Origin: an uncultured Terracidiphilus sp.
GTDB lineage: Bacteria; Acidobacteriota; Terriglobia; Terriglobales; Acidobacteriaceae
DNA: 64,000 nucleotides
Direction: 5' to 3'
Assembly (NCBI GenBank): GCA_964445025.1
Contig: CAYUJM010000003.1
Coordinates: 5,475 to 69,474 of the forward strand
Shown: one piece after another, positions 1 through 8,262 of the stretch
Numbering within the stretch: the first letter of the stretch is position 1
Layout of the letters: each line of letters opens with the position of its first letter
The notes under the pieces: generated by a model
What the model saw: the letters and a program-made list of their open reading frames with translations, nothing else
Told to the model about the DNA's origin: nothing
Database searches by the model: none
Translations under genes and position numbers: made by a program

Positions 1-1
1 G

Positions 2-844
2 GCAAGCGAACAAGACGCCGGAGGCTCGCCTCCGCCGGGGCCACCGCCGCCCGCGTTCTTCCAGAACCCCATCCCCCCGGCCCAGCTCACGTTCTTGAAT
101 GAATTCGCAGGCAAGACGGCCAAGGAGATACAGAAGGACAAACGCTTCCGCGCGCTCATGAAGCTGGTCATTCCGGGCACTGAATATCACTATGGCCGCG
201 ACATGCCGCTCTCGGAAACGGTAGAGACTCTGCTCGACGGACCGCCCCTGCCCATCGACATCCGCGACGGCCGCTACGTGATGGTGGCCAGCCATGGCGG
301 GCCCTACTTGAGCGGCCGCGGATTCGTTTGGTTCGACATGCAGAGCGGCATTGCGCTGGGTGGCGTGTACTTTCATCCCACCAACGGTGAGCCTACCCCC
401 ACGCTGGCCATCTTCTCGCGGCAACTCAGGGACACCGATCTCGCCATGAGCCAGCTTCCGCCAGCCTTTCAGCAGGATCTGGCGCAATGGGTCCTGGTTG
501 CCGGTCCGCGCCTGGTCTCACCCCGCTACTTCATCCCCGAGAACGGCAAGAAGTATGTGCTGATTCACGACGAAGACTATTGCTCGTACCAGGAGGGCAC
601 GCCTCCGCCGCCGCAGGACCAATGCGCGGAGTTGAACGCCGAGGCCGCGGACGCGGACGTGAATGCGGCCTACTTTATGCAGGAGACCCACAATGCGGCC
701 AATGCCACGGCCTGGATGCTCGGGCAGGACCAGTTGGCCTGGATTAGCATCAGGGACAGCACCTGCGGGATCAACGGCTTCGCCTGCCGCATCCGGCTCG
801 CCCGCCAGCGCACGCGCGTGCTGATCGGGCCGCGGCGGAACTAG
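2..844 (+). CDS. hypothetical protein, probably 5'-truncated by the window edge; possible DUF1311/LprI-like C-terminal motif
   Basis: The frame of ORF 95..844 stays open back to nt 2 with no stop, so the true start is probably upstream. The C-terminal pattern C-AELN...AAY...LAWISIRDSTC resembles the DUF1311 signature. No other family recognised. Confidence 0.45.
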   Translation, partial: ASEQDAGGSPPPGPPPPAFFQNPIPPAQLTFLNEFAGKTAKEIQKDKRFRALMKLVIPGTEYHYGRDMPLSETVETLLDGPPLPIDIRDGRYVMVASHGGPYLSGRGFVWFDMQSGIALGGVYFHPTNGEPTPTLAIFSRQLRDTDLAMSQLPPAFQQDLAQWVLVAGPRLVSPRYFIPENGKKYVLIHDEDYCSYQEGTPPPPQDQCAELNAEAADADVNAAYFMQETHNAANATAWMLGQDQLAWISIRDSTCGINGFACRIRLARQRTRVLIGPRRN

Positions 845-891
845 AAGGATTTCAATTTTCAGGTCTTTAGGACTTGATTGGATCGTGCGGT

Positions 892-931
892 CCCACCCTT
901 GACGCATACACAAGAACGCGCCAAGGATGGG
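892..931. terminator. GC-rich hairpin between convergent genes (candidate bidirectional terminator or REP-like element)
   Basis: CCCACCCTTG (892-901) pairs with CAAGGATGGG (922-931) at 9 of 10 bp, with a 20-nt loop. It lies between the stops at 844 (+) and 980 (-). No U-tract. Confidence 0.35.
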
Positions 932-979
932 CACCCGGACTTCCATACAATCCGCCAAAATGCCGGCCGCGAGAGTGCC

Positions 980-2038
980 CTACGCGCTGCGTCGCGCGCG
1001 CACTGCAGCGGCCAGTTCCTCCAGCAGCTTGTGCGTCTCATCCCAGTCGATACATCCGTCGGTGATGCTCTGGCCATAAACCAGCGTCTGGCCGGGAACG
1101 AGGTTCTGCGCGCCGGCCACCAGATTGCTCTCCATCATCACGCCCAGAATGCGGCGGTCGCCGCCTGCGATCTGCGCCGCCACGTCGTGGCACACAACGG
1201 CCTGGCGGCGGTAATCTTTGTTGCTGTTGGCGTGGCTGAAGTCGATCATGATGCGCGGCGGAACGCCGGCCTGCTCCATCTTCGCAGCGGTGTCGGCAAC
1301 GCTCTCTGCGCTGTAGTTCACCATCTTGCGGCCGCCGCGCAGGATGATGTGGCAATCCGGATTGCCGGTGGTGACAAAGATGGCCGATTGCCCGTGCTTC
1401 GAGTGGCCTAGAAATGTGTGCGAGTGGGCGGCCGAGAGAATGGCGTCGATGGCCACCTGGACATCGCCCGACGTGGCATTCTTGAAACCCACCGGACACG
1501 ACACTCCGGAGGCCAGTTGGCGATGGATCTGGCTCTCGGTGGTGCGCGCGCCGATAGCGCCCCAGCTCACCAGACCGGCGATGTACTGCGGCGAGATCAT
1601 GTCCAGGAACTCCGTCCCCGTGGGCACGCCCATCTCCGCCAGGTCGAGCAGCAGGTGCCGCGCCAGGCGCAGCCCGTCGTTGATCTTGTACGACTGATCC
1701 AGAAAGGGATCGTTGATGAGGCCCTTCCAGCCGATGGTGGTGCGGGGTTTCTCGAAGTAGACGCGCATCACGATGCGCAGATCGGCGTTGAATTCCCTGA
1801 TCGCGGACTTGAGCAGCACGGCGTATTCGCGGGCCGCCTTGGGGTCGTGGATGGAGCATGGGCCGCAGAGCACCAGCAGGCGCGAATCGCGGCCGTTCAG
1901 GATCGCAGAGATATCGGTGCGCGCATTGAAGATGGTGGCGGTGGCGTTCTCGGTGATGGGAAGGTCTTCTTCAAGAAAGACCGGGGGAAGGACGACTTTG
2001 GTCCACTGGATGCGGAGATCTTCAATCTTCGGGGGCAT
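980..2038 (-). CDS. aroG: 3-deoxy-7-phosphoheptulonate (DAHP) synthase, class I
   Basis: 352 aa. Class I DAHPS blocks are visible: LLVLCGPCSIHD, RVYFEKPRTTIGWKGLINDP, GARTTESQIHRQLASG, PVGFKNATSG. ATG at 2036-2038. Confidence 0.92.
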   Translation of the reverse strand: MPPKIEDLRIQWTKVVLPPVFLEEDLPITENATATIFNARTDISAILNGRDSRLLVLCGPCSIHDPKAAREYAVLLKSAIREFNADLRIVMRVYFEKPRTTIGWKGLINDPFLDQSYKINDGLRLARHLLLDLAEMGVPTGTEFLDMISPQYIAGLVSWGAIGARTTESQIHRQLASGVSCPVGFKNATSGDVQVAIDAILSAAHSHTFLGHSKHGQSAIFVTTGNPDCHIILRGGRKMVNYSAESVADTAAKMEQAGVPPRIMIDFSHANSNKDYRRQAVVCHDVAAQIAGGDRRILGVMMESNLVAGAQNLVPGQTLVYGQSITDGCIDWDETHKLLEELAAAVRARRSA

Positions 2039-2210
2039 ATATCTTTCTACCTGGCTCGTTTCGGGGCGTTATACATCCCGGCCTCCGGTCCCGGATTCGG
2101 ACGCGGGTACGGCAAGATGACCATGGATGAGATCCACCGGCTCTGACTAAATTCTATAGGGAGCGATTGCGCCAGCGCGAATGCCCAGGCGCGTGCGATC
2201 GCGCCATGTG

Positions 2211-3182
2211 TCAGGGAGCGTAGCGCTTCTCTCCTGCTTCAATCGCCACCGGGAGGCGATTCTTTTCCGGCGGCAAGGGACAGGTGGCGTAGGCCGTATA
2301 CGCGCAGGGCGGGTTTTCCAGCCGGTTGAAGTCCAGAATCAAGGTTCCCGGCTTGTCCAGTCCGTTGTTCGGAAACCCGGTGTGCAGAAACCGCGCTGTC
2401 TCATACGTGGCGTCTTTCCCGGTTTCATCGCGGAGAATAAAGAACAGCGTCCTGGCTCCGGGGCTTTCCAGCACCGGCTCCAGGCGATACGTCGTCTCGC
2501 CGAGCATAAACTCCGCAACCCCCGGCGAAGGCAGGTCAAGCGTCGTTCCAATGATGGTGGGGATCTTTTCGACGTGAGGCGGCGTATAGGGGATCCACTG
2601 CGCCTCGACGCTGAAATGCGGATCGGCCGGGTACCAGTTGAGGCCGTGAAAGCTCTTGCGCGCGGCTGCGTCGGAGTCCTTGATACGCAGCGCATAACGC
2701 CCGCCGCGATCGAGCACCGCCATCGTTACTCCATGCCAGCCAATCACCGAAGGCTTTCCACCTTCCACCACCAGCGGGCCCTCCCGCGCCGGCTGGCCAT
2801 CGATGGTCAAGTCGGGTGGAAAGCCCTCAACCGTCGATAGCAACTGGACCGTTGTTTTGCTCACGGTCAGCAGCCCAATATGGTCCGGCGCCGGGGTATG
2901 CAGTTGGATCGCGTTGTCCCCCGCCGCGCCCACGGAGTTGGCGCCGGATTTCAGCCACTCCAGGCCCACCAGTGTCAGCCATCCGTCGGGCGCGTCCACC
3001 TGCTGCTCCCGCCGCGCGCGCCATTGGGCCAGATCTGCCCGCCATTCCGATTCGGCCGTCGTGACCGCAGTCTGCGCCGGGGCCGGACGCGCAGTGAACA
3101 GACTCCAGCCCGCCGCCAGAATCGCCAAAGTCCAGGCCGTCAGCCCAGCCCGTCTCCATCTCCGCACGCCAAGCGATCCCAT
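2211..3182 (-). CDS. DUF1684 domain-containing protein (secreted)
   Basis: The C-terminal CAYTAYATCPLPPEKNRLPVAIEAGEKRY is the typical DUF1684 ending. Start moved to the internal ATG (3180-3182), which has AAGAGGAA upstream and a signal-like MGSLGVRRWRRAGLTAWTLAILAAG. Confidence 0.8.
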   Translation of the reverse strand: MGSLGVRRWRRAGLTAWTLAILAAGWSLFTARPAPAQTAVTTAESEWRADLAQWRARREQQVDAPDGWLTLVGLEWLKSGANSVGAAGDNAIQLHTPAPDHIGLLTVSKTTVQLLSTVEGFPPDLTIDGQPAREGPLVVEGGKPSVIGWHGVTMAVLDRGGRYALRIKDSDAAARKSFHGLNWYPADPHFSVEAQWIPYTPPHVEKIPTIIGTTLDLPSPGVAEFMLGETTYRLEPVLESPGARTLFFILRDETGKDATYETARFLHTGFPNNGLDKPGTLILDFNRLENPPCAYTAYATCPLPPEKNRLPVAIEAGEKRYAP

Positions 3183-3423
3183 TGGTTGCGATTCCTCTTT
3201 CCGCCCGCCGATCTTTTCCCTAACCGCACGCATCATTCCGGGTCAAACCAGCAACGCGCATCGAACAAGCGGGTCATTCAGCTGCCACATGCCGGGCAAT
3301 CGAGCTTGCCCGTTATGTTTGTGCCGGGCAATGCGATGGTCCCGCTGTCAGGGCTGCTCTTATTATGGCCCAGTCGGGGTTCGAGAATAGACTTCCAGCG
3401 AGGATTCCGGTGCAGGTTTCACG

Positions 3424-4593
3424 ATGATGAATCGCATGTTCAAAGCGCGGGCTGTTTTTCTCGCTTGCATTCTCTGTTGTCCGGCATGGGTTCTTGCCCA
3501 GCAGCCCGCAGCTCCTGACGGAGCGGCTGTGCAGGCACAGCCGTTGCCCGTGTCCCAGCCTTCCGCTCCCCAGGACCCGGTGCTGGTCAAGCGTCCGCCG
3601 CCAAGGCCACCGGGTCCTCCCAGCTTCGTCACCCCTGAAGGCCGCGTCCATCTCGATGTCCTGGTGAGCGATGCCGCCGGTAAGCCGGTCCTCGGTCTGT
3701 TGCCAACAGACTTCACGATCCTGGACAACAAGCAGCCGCGCCGGCTTCTCTCTTTTCGTTCCTTCGATGGCGTCAACGTCAAGCCCGACCCGCCGGTGGA
3801 GGTGATTCTTCTTTTCGATACGGTGAACCTGCCCTTTGTACAGGTCTCCTTCGTCCACCAGGAGATCGCGAGGTTTCTCCGCCAAAACGGCGGCCACCTG
3901 GCCCAGCCGGTATCCATCATGCTGCTTACGGAGTCTGGTCTGCGCGTCCAGCCGCGGCCGTCGGTCGATGGGAATGCATTGCTCACCGTGCTCGATCAGA
4001 TCAAGGGCGGTGTTCACGCCATTTACGGGGCGATGGGCTCGGACGGCGATCTGCAACGATACCAGCTCTCCGTCCGGCAGATGGCAACTATTGCGGAGAA
4101 CGAAGCCAGAAAGCCTGGCCGAAAGCTGCTCATCTGGTTTGGCCCCGGCTGGCCGATGCTCGATAGCGACAGATATATGTTCTCCGACAAGGACCGGCGC
4201 CAGTACTTCGACGAGATCGTCGCGCTTTCCACCCGACTGCGCGAGGCGCGCATGCCCGTTTACAGTGTTGCTCCCGTCAACGTAGAGAGCAGCGGAGAGC
4301 GCGCATTCCTGTATCAGGATTTCTTGAAGGGCGTTCTCTCGCCGCGGTCGGCGGACACCGGCAACCTGGCGCTGAAGGTGCTTGCGCTCGAAAGCGGCGG
4401 GCGCATCCTGGGCCCAGACAACGACATCGCCGCCCAGATCGACAATTGCATTGCCGATGCAAATGCCTTTTATACGATCTCCTTCAATCCTCCTCCGGCA
4501 GATCACGCAGATGAATACCACGACCTGAAAGTTGTCGTCGGGCAGCCGGGGCTCACCGTGCGAACCAACACCGGCTACTACAACCAGCCGTAG
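3424..4593 (+). CDS. secreted VWA-domain protein, acidobacterial TIGR03436-like family (paralog 1)
   Basis: Signal peptide MMNRMFKARAVFLACILCCPAWVLAQQ. VWA-like core with ENEARKPGRKLLIWFGPGWP. Family-typical C-terminus YHDLKVVVGQPGLTVRTNTGYYNQP. Confidence 0.8.
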   Translation: MMNRMFKARAVFLACILCCPAWVLAQQPAAPDGAAVQAQPLPVSQPSAPQDPVLVKRPPPRPPGPPSFVTPEGRVHLDVLVSDAAGKPVLGLLPTDFTILDNKQPRRLLSFRSFDGVNVKPDPPVEVILLFDTVNLPFVQVSFVHQEIARFLRQNGGHLAQPVSIMLLTESGLRVQPRPSVDGNALLTVLDQIKGGVHAIYGAMGSDGDLQRYQLSVRQMATIAENEARKPGRKLLIWFGPGWPMLDSDRYMFSDKDRRQYFDEIVALSTRLREARMPVYSVAPVNVESSGERAFLYQDFLKGVLSPRSADTGNLALKVLALESGGRILGPDNDIAAQIDNCIADANAFYTISFNPPPADHADEYHDLKVVVGQPGLTVRTNTGYYNQP

Positions 4594-4652
4594 CGGATAA
4601 TTGTGGAAGGTTCAAAGAACTCAATCCTCTTTAATCGGAGAAGTAAGCTTTC

Positions 4653-5735
4653 ATGAGCAGGTTACATTGCGTGGTTCTCGTCCTCGTACTCTTCTGTTGC
4701 GTGTCGCTGGTTCGTTCACAGTCGCCGGCTCCTGCAGTACCAGCGGTACAACCGCAGGTTTCTGCGCAAGTGAAGACCGCAGCGCCGGTCCGCATCACCC
4801 TCGATGTACTGGTGACCGACAGCGCAGGGAAGCCGGTGCCGGATTTGGAGCCACTAGACTTCACTTTGCTCGATGACAACCAGTCGAGCAAAATTCTCGG
4901 TTTTCGCCGCGTCGACGGAACCGTTGGCAACAAATCCGATCCACCTGTTGAAGTGATCATCGTGCTGGACGCGGTGAACATGCCCTATCAGGCCGTTACC
5001 CAGTTGCGGCTGCAGTTGCAGAAGTTCCTGCGCCGGAATGGCGGTCATTTGGCGCAGCCGGTATCGGTGTTCGTTTTTGCCAGCGATGGCCTGCAAGTGC
5101 AGCCCGCGCCCTCGAAAGACGGCAATGCGCTGGCCGCCATGCTGGACACATCTGCCGGCACTGTGCGCGCCTTGGGGGCAGCGGCGGGCGATTACGGCTT
5201 GGGAGAGCAGTTCTCTAAATCCACCCAAACCATCAAAGGCATTGCGGAAAACGAGGCCCGCAAGCCGGGCAGGAAGCTCCTCATCTGGTTGGGCAGCGGC
5301 TGGCCCTTGTTGGATAGTCCGCACTTTATAAAGTCCAACGAAGGCGAGCAGCGCCACTTTATGAACATTGTTGATGTCTCGAAGAAGCTGCGCGAAGCCC
5401 GCATCACTGTTTACGGTATCTACACGTTAAACTCATCCTCCGAACAATTCCTCTATGAGGCGTATCTGAAGCCGGTGAGGGACTTCCACCATGCGGATGC
5501 TGGCAATCTGTCCATGCAGGTTCTGGCGCGCCAAACAGGCGGGCGCGTACTTCCTCCCGGCAACGACATCGCCGGCCAGATTGACAGTTGTGTCGCCGAT
5601 ATCGGTGCTTATTACACGATTGCCTTTGCGGCTCCTGCGGCCGCCCAGGCAAACGAGTACCACGACCTGAAAGTTGTCGTCGGGCAGCCAGGGCTTACCG
5701 TGCGCACCAATTCCGGCTACTACAACCAGCCGTAG
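4653..5735 (+). CDS. secreted VWA-domain protein, TIGR03436-like (paralog 2)
   Basis: Collinear with paralog 1. Signal peptide present. ENEARKPGRKLLIWLGSGWP block, and an ending YHDLKVVVGQPGLTVRTNSGYYNQP. Confidence 0.8.
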   Translation: MSRLHCVVLVLVLFCCVSLVRSQSPAPAVPAVQPQVSAQVKTAAPVRITLDVLVTDSAGKPVPDLEPLDFTLLDDNQSSKILGFRRVDGTVGNKSDPPVEVIIVLDAVNMPYQAVTQLRLQLQKFLRRNGGHLAQPVSVFVFASDGLQVQPAPSKDGNALAAMLDTSAGTVRALGAAAGDYGLGEQFSKSTQTIKGIAENEARKPGRKLLIWLGSGWPLLDSPHFIKSNEGEQRHFMNIVDVSKKLREARITVYGIYTLNSSSEQFLYEAYLKPVRDFHHADAGNLSMQVLARQTGGRVLPPGNDIAGQIDSCVADIGAYYTIAFAAPAAAQANEYHDLKVVVGQPGLTVRTNSGYYNQP

Positions 5736-5782
5736 GCGGCACAGCGGCAGAATTTTTGGAGAAGCTTCAGCGAGGCGAACGC

Positions 5783-8032
5783 GTGCGAACACCACAATCT
5801 CTTTGGCTCCCGGTGCTGCTCTGCTTGCCTGCTCTTGCATGGGCGCAGCAGCGTACGTCCCCGGGAGCTGCGTCGCAGCCTCCCACGCCCCCTTCATTCT
5901 CATCTCAAGGACTCGATCCGGACGCAACCCCAGCGTCCGATTCCGGGGAAGGCCGCATCAAGCTGGATGTGGTGGTGACCGATCAGTCGGGAGCGCCTGT
6001 ATCCGGCCTCGATCAAAAGGACTTCACTCTACTGGACGACGGCAAGCCAGCGAAAATCGTTTCCTTCAGTGGATTCGACGAAACCACCGCCAGACCCGAT
6101 CCTCCCGTGAAGGTAATTCTCGTCATCGATGCAGCCGACCATTCGAAAGACGAGATTTCCGATGTGCAGTATGGGATCGAAAAGTTCCTCAGGCAAAACG
6201 GCGGGCAGCTTGCTCAGCCTGTAGAAATCTATCGGCTCTCCGACGCGGGTCTGTCGGTTACTCCGGAGCCATCAACCGACGGGTATGCCTTGGCGGAGGC
6301 GATTTCTCAAAAGAGAGGACTGCGCGAAGTCCCACTGGATCACGGCGATTACAACCTGGAGCTTTCCACGGCAGCCCCGAGCCCGTCCTACCAAAACCAG
6401 TCGTTTCATCCACAGTCGGCCCTGCGCGCGCTTGGGTCCATTGTCTTGGAAGAACGGCGCAAACCGGGCAGGAAGTTGCTGGTCTGGGTCGGGTATGGCG
6501 TTCCGGGGGAAGAGGACTACGGTCGAAGTGTCCGCTTCGATACACAGCATGCGGGCCAGTTCGAATGGATCACAGAGTTCTCAACGCGGATGCGTCAAGC
6601 TCGCATCGCCTTTTACGGTGTCACGTTTTACCAAAAGCCGGATCGCAGATTTCCCTACCAGAGATTCTTGCGAGGGGTTACAACGGCCGAACAGGTCCAG
6701 CCTGGCAACTTTGCTTTCGAAGTGCTTGCAACCCAGAGCGGCGGCCTTGCTCAAGAGGAACCCGATAACGATCTGGCTCGCCTGATCGGCAAGTGCGTCC
6801 AGGACGGGAGCAACTACTACACAATCTCGTTCGATGCTCCGCGCACGGATCAGCCGGATGAGTATCACGATTTGAAGGTCGAACTCGGCAAGCCGGAATT
6901 GGTCGCCCGTACCAGTACCGGATATTACGATCAACCTGTCTATTACGATCAGCCTTTCGTCGCGTCGGAACGCATAACGGTAAATCAACTGGAGCAGATA
7001 CTCGAAAGGGCCCAGGGCGGCCCGGACGCGGAGCTGGCGCGGCGCCTATCAGGAATGGAGTTAAGAGAGCGGCTGAGCAGCGAGAAGCTTTCATCGTGGA
7101 AGGTCCGCCTGAAGGGCGAGAAAGCGCAGGCTGCACTTGTGGCTCTGGCCGATGCTTCGGCCTTTCTGCATCCGCCTCCCTCAGAGATTCCCACCCTCGC
7201 GGCGCCCGATACGGAAGCGCGGCAGGCGATGTTATCGAGCACCGTCGACTTTCTCGAAAAGACGGTTCCAAAATTGCCGGACTTCTTCGCGACGCGATCG
7301 ACGGCTCGCTACGAGGAGCCGCCGCTCAAGGAAAACCAAACGTGGAAGACTGCAGGCAGCGACCGCTCCCTGCATCTGGCAGGCACTTCCCAGGCAACCA
7401 TACTCTACCGCAATGGAAACGAGGTTGTGGATCTGGAGACGGCAAAAGGGAAAAAGCCGGAGCGGGAACACCGGCGCCTGGAATTGACGGGCGCATTTGG
7501 CCCCATTCTGAGCGTTGTGATCCTCGATGCAGCGAGCAGCGAGTTGGTCTGGAGCCATTGGGAGCAAGGCAGCGCAGGGCCATTGGCGGTCTTCCGGTAC
7601 CGGGTCCCGAAGGGGGAATCGCACTATGCGGTAACCTACCGCGGCGTTCTGGATTACCGCGACGAAGCGGGTGTTTTCCAGCGCCTGACGGGGTATCACG
7701 GGGAAATCACCATCGATCCGCAGAGCGGAGCCATCCAGCGGATGACATTGGAGGCGGATCTGGAGCCGAACCTGCCAATGATTCGCTCCGCAGTCATGGT
7801 CGAATACGGCCCGGTTGAAATAGGAGGAAACACCCACATCTGTCTCGTGAGGAGCGTCTCCATCGGAAGAGTGCGCAAGATATTCAGCATCTACGAATGG
7901 GGTCAGAGCTTTCGAGTCTATGGACCGTTTGAAACCCTGCTCGACGATGTTTCCTATGGGAAATATCACATGTTTCACGGGGAGGCGCGCGTGCTGAGCG
8001 GGTTCAGCGACGCGCCAAATGACAACAAATAG
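5783..8032 (+). CDS. secreted VWA-domain protein, TIGR03436-like (paralog 3), with a ~350-aa uncharacterised C-terminal extension
   Basis: The track ORF 5588..8032 overlaps paralog 2. A plausible start is GTG 5783 (or TTG 5756), just before the signal-like LWLPVLLCLPALAWAQQ. The VWA part ends at YHDLKVELGKPELVARTSTGYYDQP, then continues for about 350 aa with no motif I recognise. Confidence 0.7.
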   Translation: MRTPQSLWLPVLLCLPALAWAQQRTSPGAASQPPTPPSFSSQGLDPDATPASDSGEGRIKLDVVVTDQSGAPVSGLDQKDFTLLDDGKPAKIVSFSGFDETTARPDPPVKVILVIDAADHSKDEISDVQYGIEKFLRQNGGQLAQPVEIYRLSDAGLSVTPEPSTDGYALAEAISQKRGLREVPLDHGDYNLELSTAAPSPSYQNQSFHPQSALRALGSIVLEERRKPGRKLLVWVGYGVPGEEDYGRSVRFDTQHAGQFEWITEFSTRMRQARIAFYGVTFYQKPDRRFPYQRFLRGVTTAEQVQPGNFAFEVLATQSGGLAQEEPDNDLARLIGKCVQDGSNYYTISFDAPRTDQPDEYHDLKVELGKPELVARTSTGYYDQPVYYDQPFVASERITVNQLEQILERAQGGPDAELARRLSGMELRERLSSEKLSSWKVRLKGEKAQAALVALADASAFLHPPPSEIPTLAAPDTEARQAMLSSTVDFLEKTVPKLPDFFATRSTARYEEPPLKENQTWKTAGSDRSLHLAGTSQATILYRNGNEVVDLETAKGKKPEREHRRLELTGAFGPILSVVILDAASSELVWSHWEQGSAGPLAVFRYRVPKGESHYAVTYRGVLDYRDEAGVFQRLTGYHGEITIDPQSGAIQRMTLEADLEPNLPMIRSAVMVEYGPVEIGGNTHICLVRSVSIGRVRKIFSIYEWGQSFRVYGPFETLLDDVSYGKYHMFHGEARVLSGFSDAPNDNK

Positions 8033-8083
8033 AACGGCCCGTGATGCTTCCCGACTCTGCCGACTTGGGCGTTTGGAGTACTG

Positions 8084-8113
8084 TTGACAGCGGCAGTCGC
8101 GTCTCCCTAGAAT
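8084..8113 (+). promoter_or_regulatory. sigma70-type promoter upstream of hrcA
   Basis: TTGACA (8084-8089), 18-nt spacer, TAGAAT (8108-8113), about 150 nt upstream of the hrcA ATG. It is bracketed by the inverted repeat TGGAGTACT (8074-8082) / ACTACTCCA (8122-8130). Confidence 0.45.
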
Positions 8114-8262
8114 TAAAGAGGACTACTCCATCTAATTTTTGCTTGCAGAAGCTGTTGTAAGCCTCAGACAGATGGGGAGTTCGTGGAATGCCGGCACCTG
8201 GGAGCCTGGGCGCAAACAGCCCTCCTTGAGCCAGTGCAGGCAAACGCGGAGAGCAGGGAAGC

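Noticed and set aside
2039-2150. Possible aromatic-amino-acid attenuator leader peptide upstream of the DAHP synthase gene (a small ORF, MVILPYPRPNPGPEAGMYNAPKRAR, on the minus strand)
   Set aside because: It has no run of Phe/Tyr/Trp codons and no obvious alternative terminator/antiterminator pairing, so it is probably a chance ORF.
3313-4521. 402-aa minus-strand ORF; similar cases are 9936..11129 (397 aa), 19040..20200 (386 aa) and 53929..54885 (318 aa)
   Set aside because: They are antisense to the VWA paralog 1, grpE/dnaJ, sdaA and GH38-2 genes respectively. In every case the sense-strand gene has strong family signatures.
5588-5782. N-terminal 65 codons of track ORF 5588..8032; also the 5' extensions of ORFs 14016..15377, 22081..23451, 30521..34471, 17072..18715, 23679..24911, 9338..10168 and 50415..51575
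   Set aside because: These extensions overlap the preceding gene or add Arg/Pro-rich sequence ahead of an obvious signal peptide or conserved N-terminus. Internal starts with Shine-Dalgarno-like sequences fit better.
8033-8262. Search for a canonical CIRCE operator (TTAGCACTC-N9-GAGTGCTAA) upstream of hrcA
   Set aside because: By eye, no segment matches either arm acceptably. Only the unrelated TGGAGTA dyad is present, and it is reported as a finding instead.
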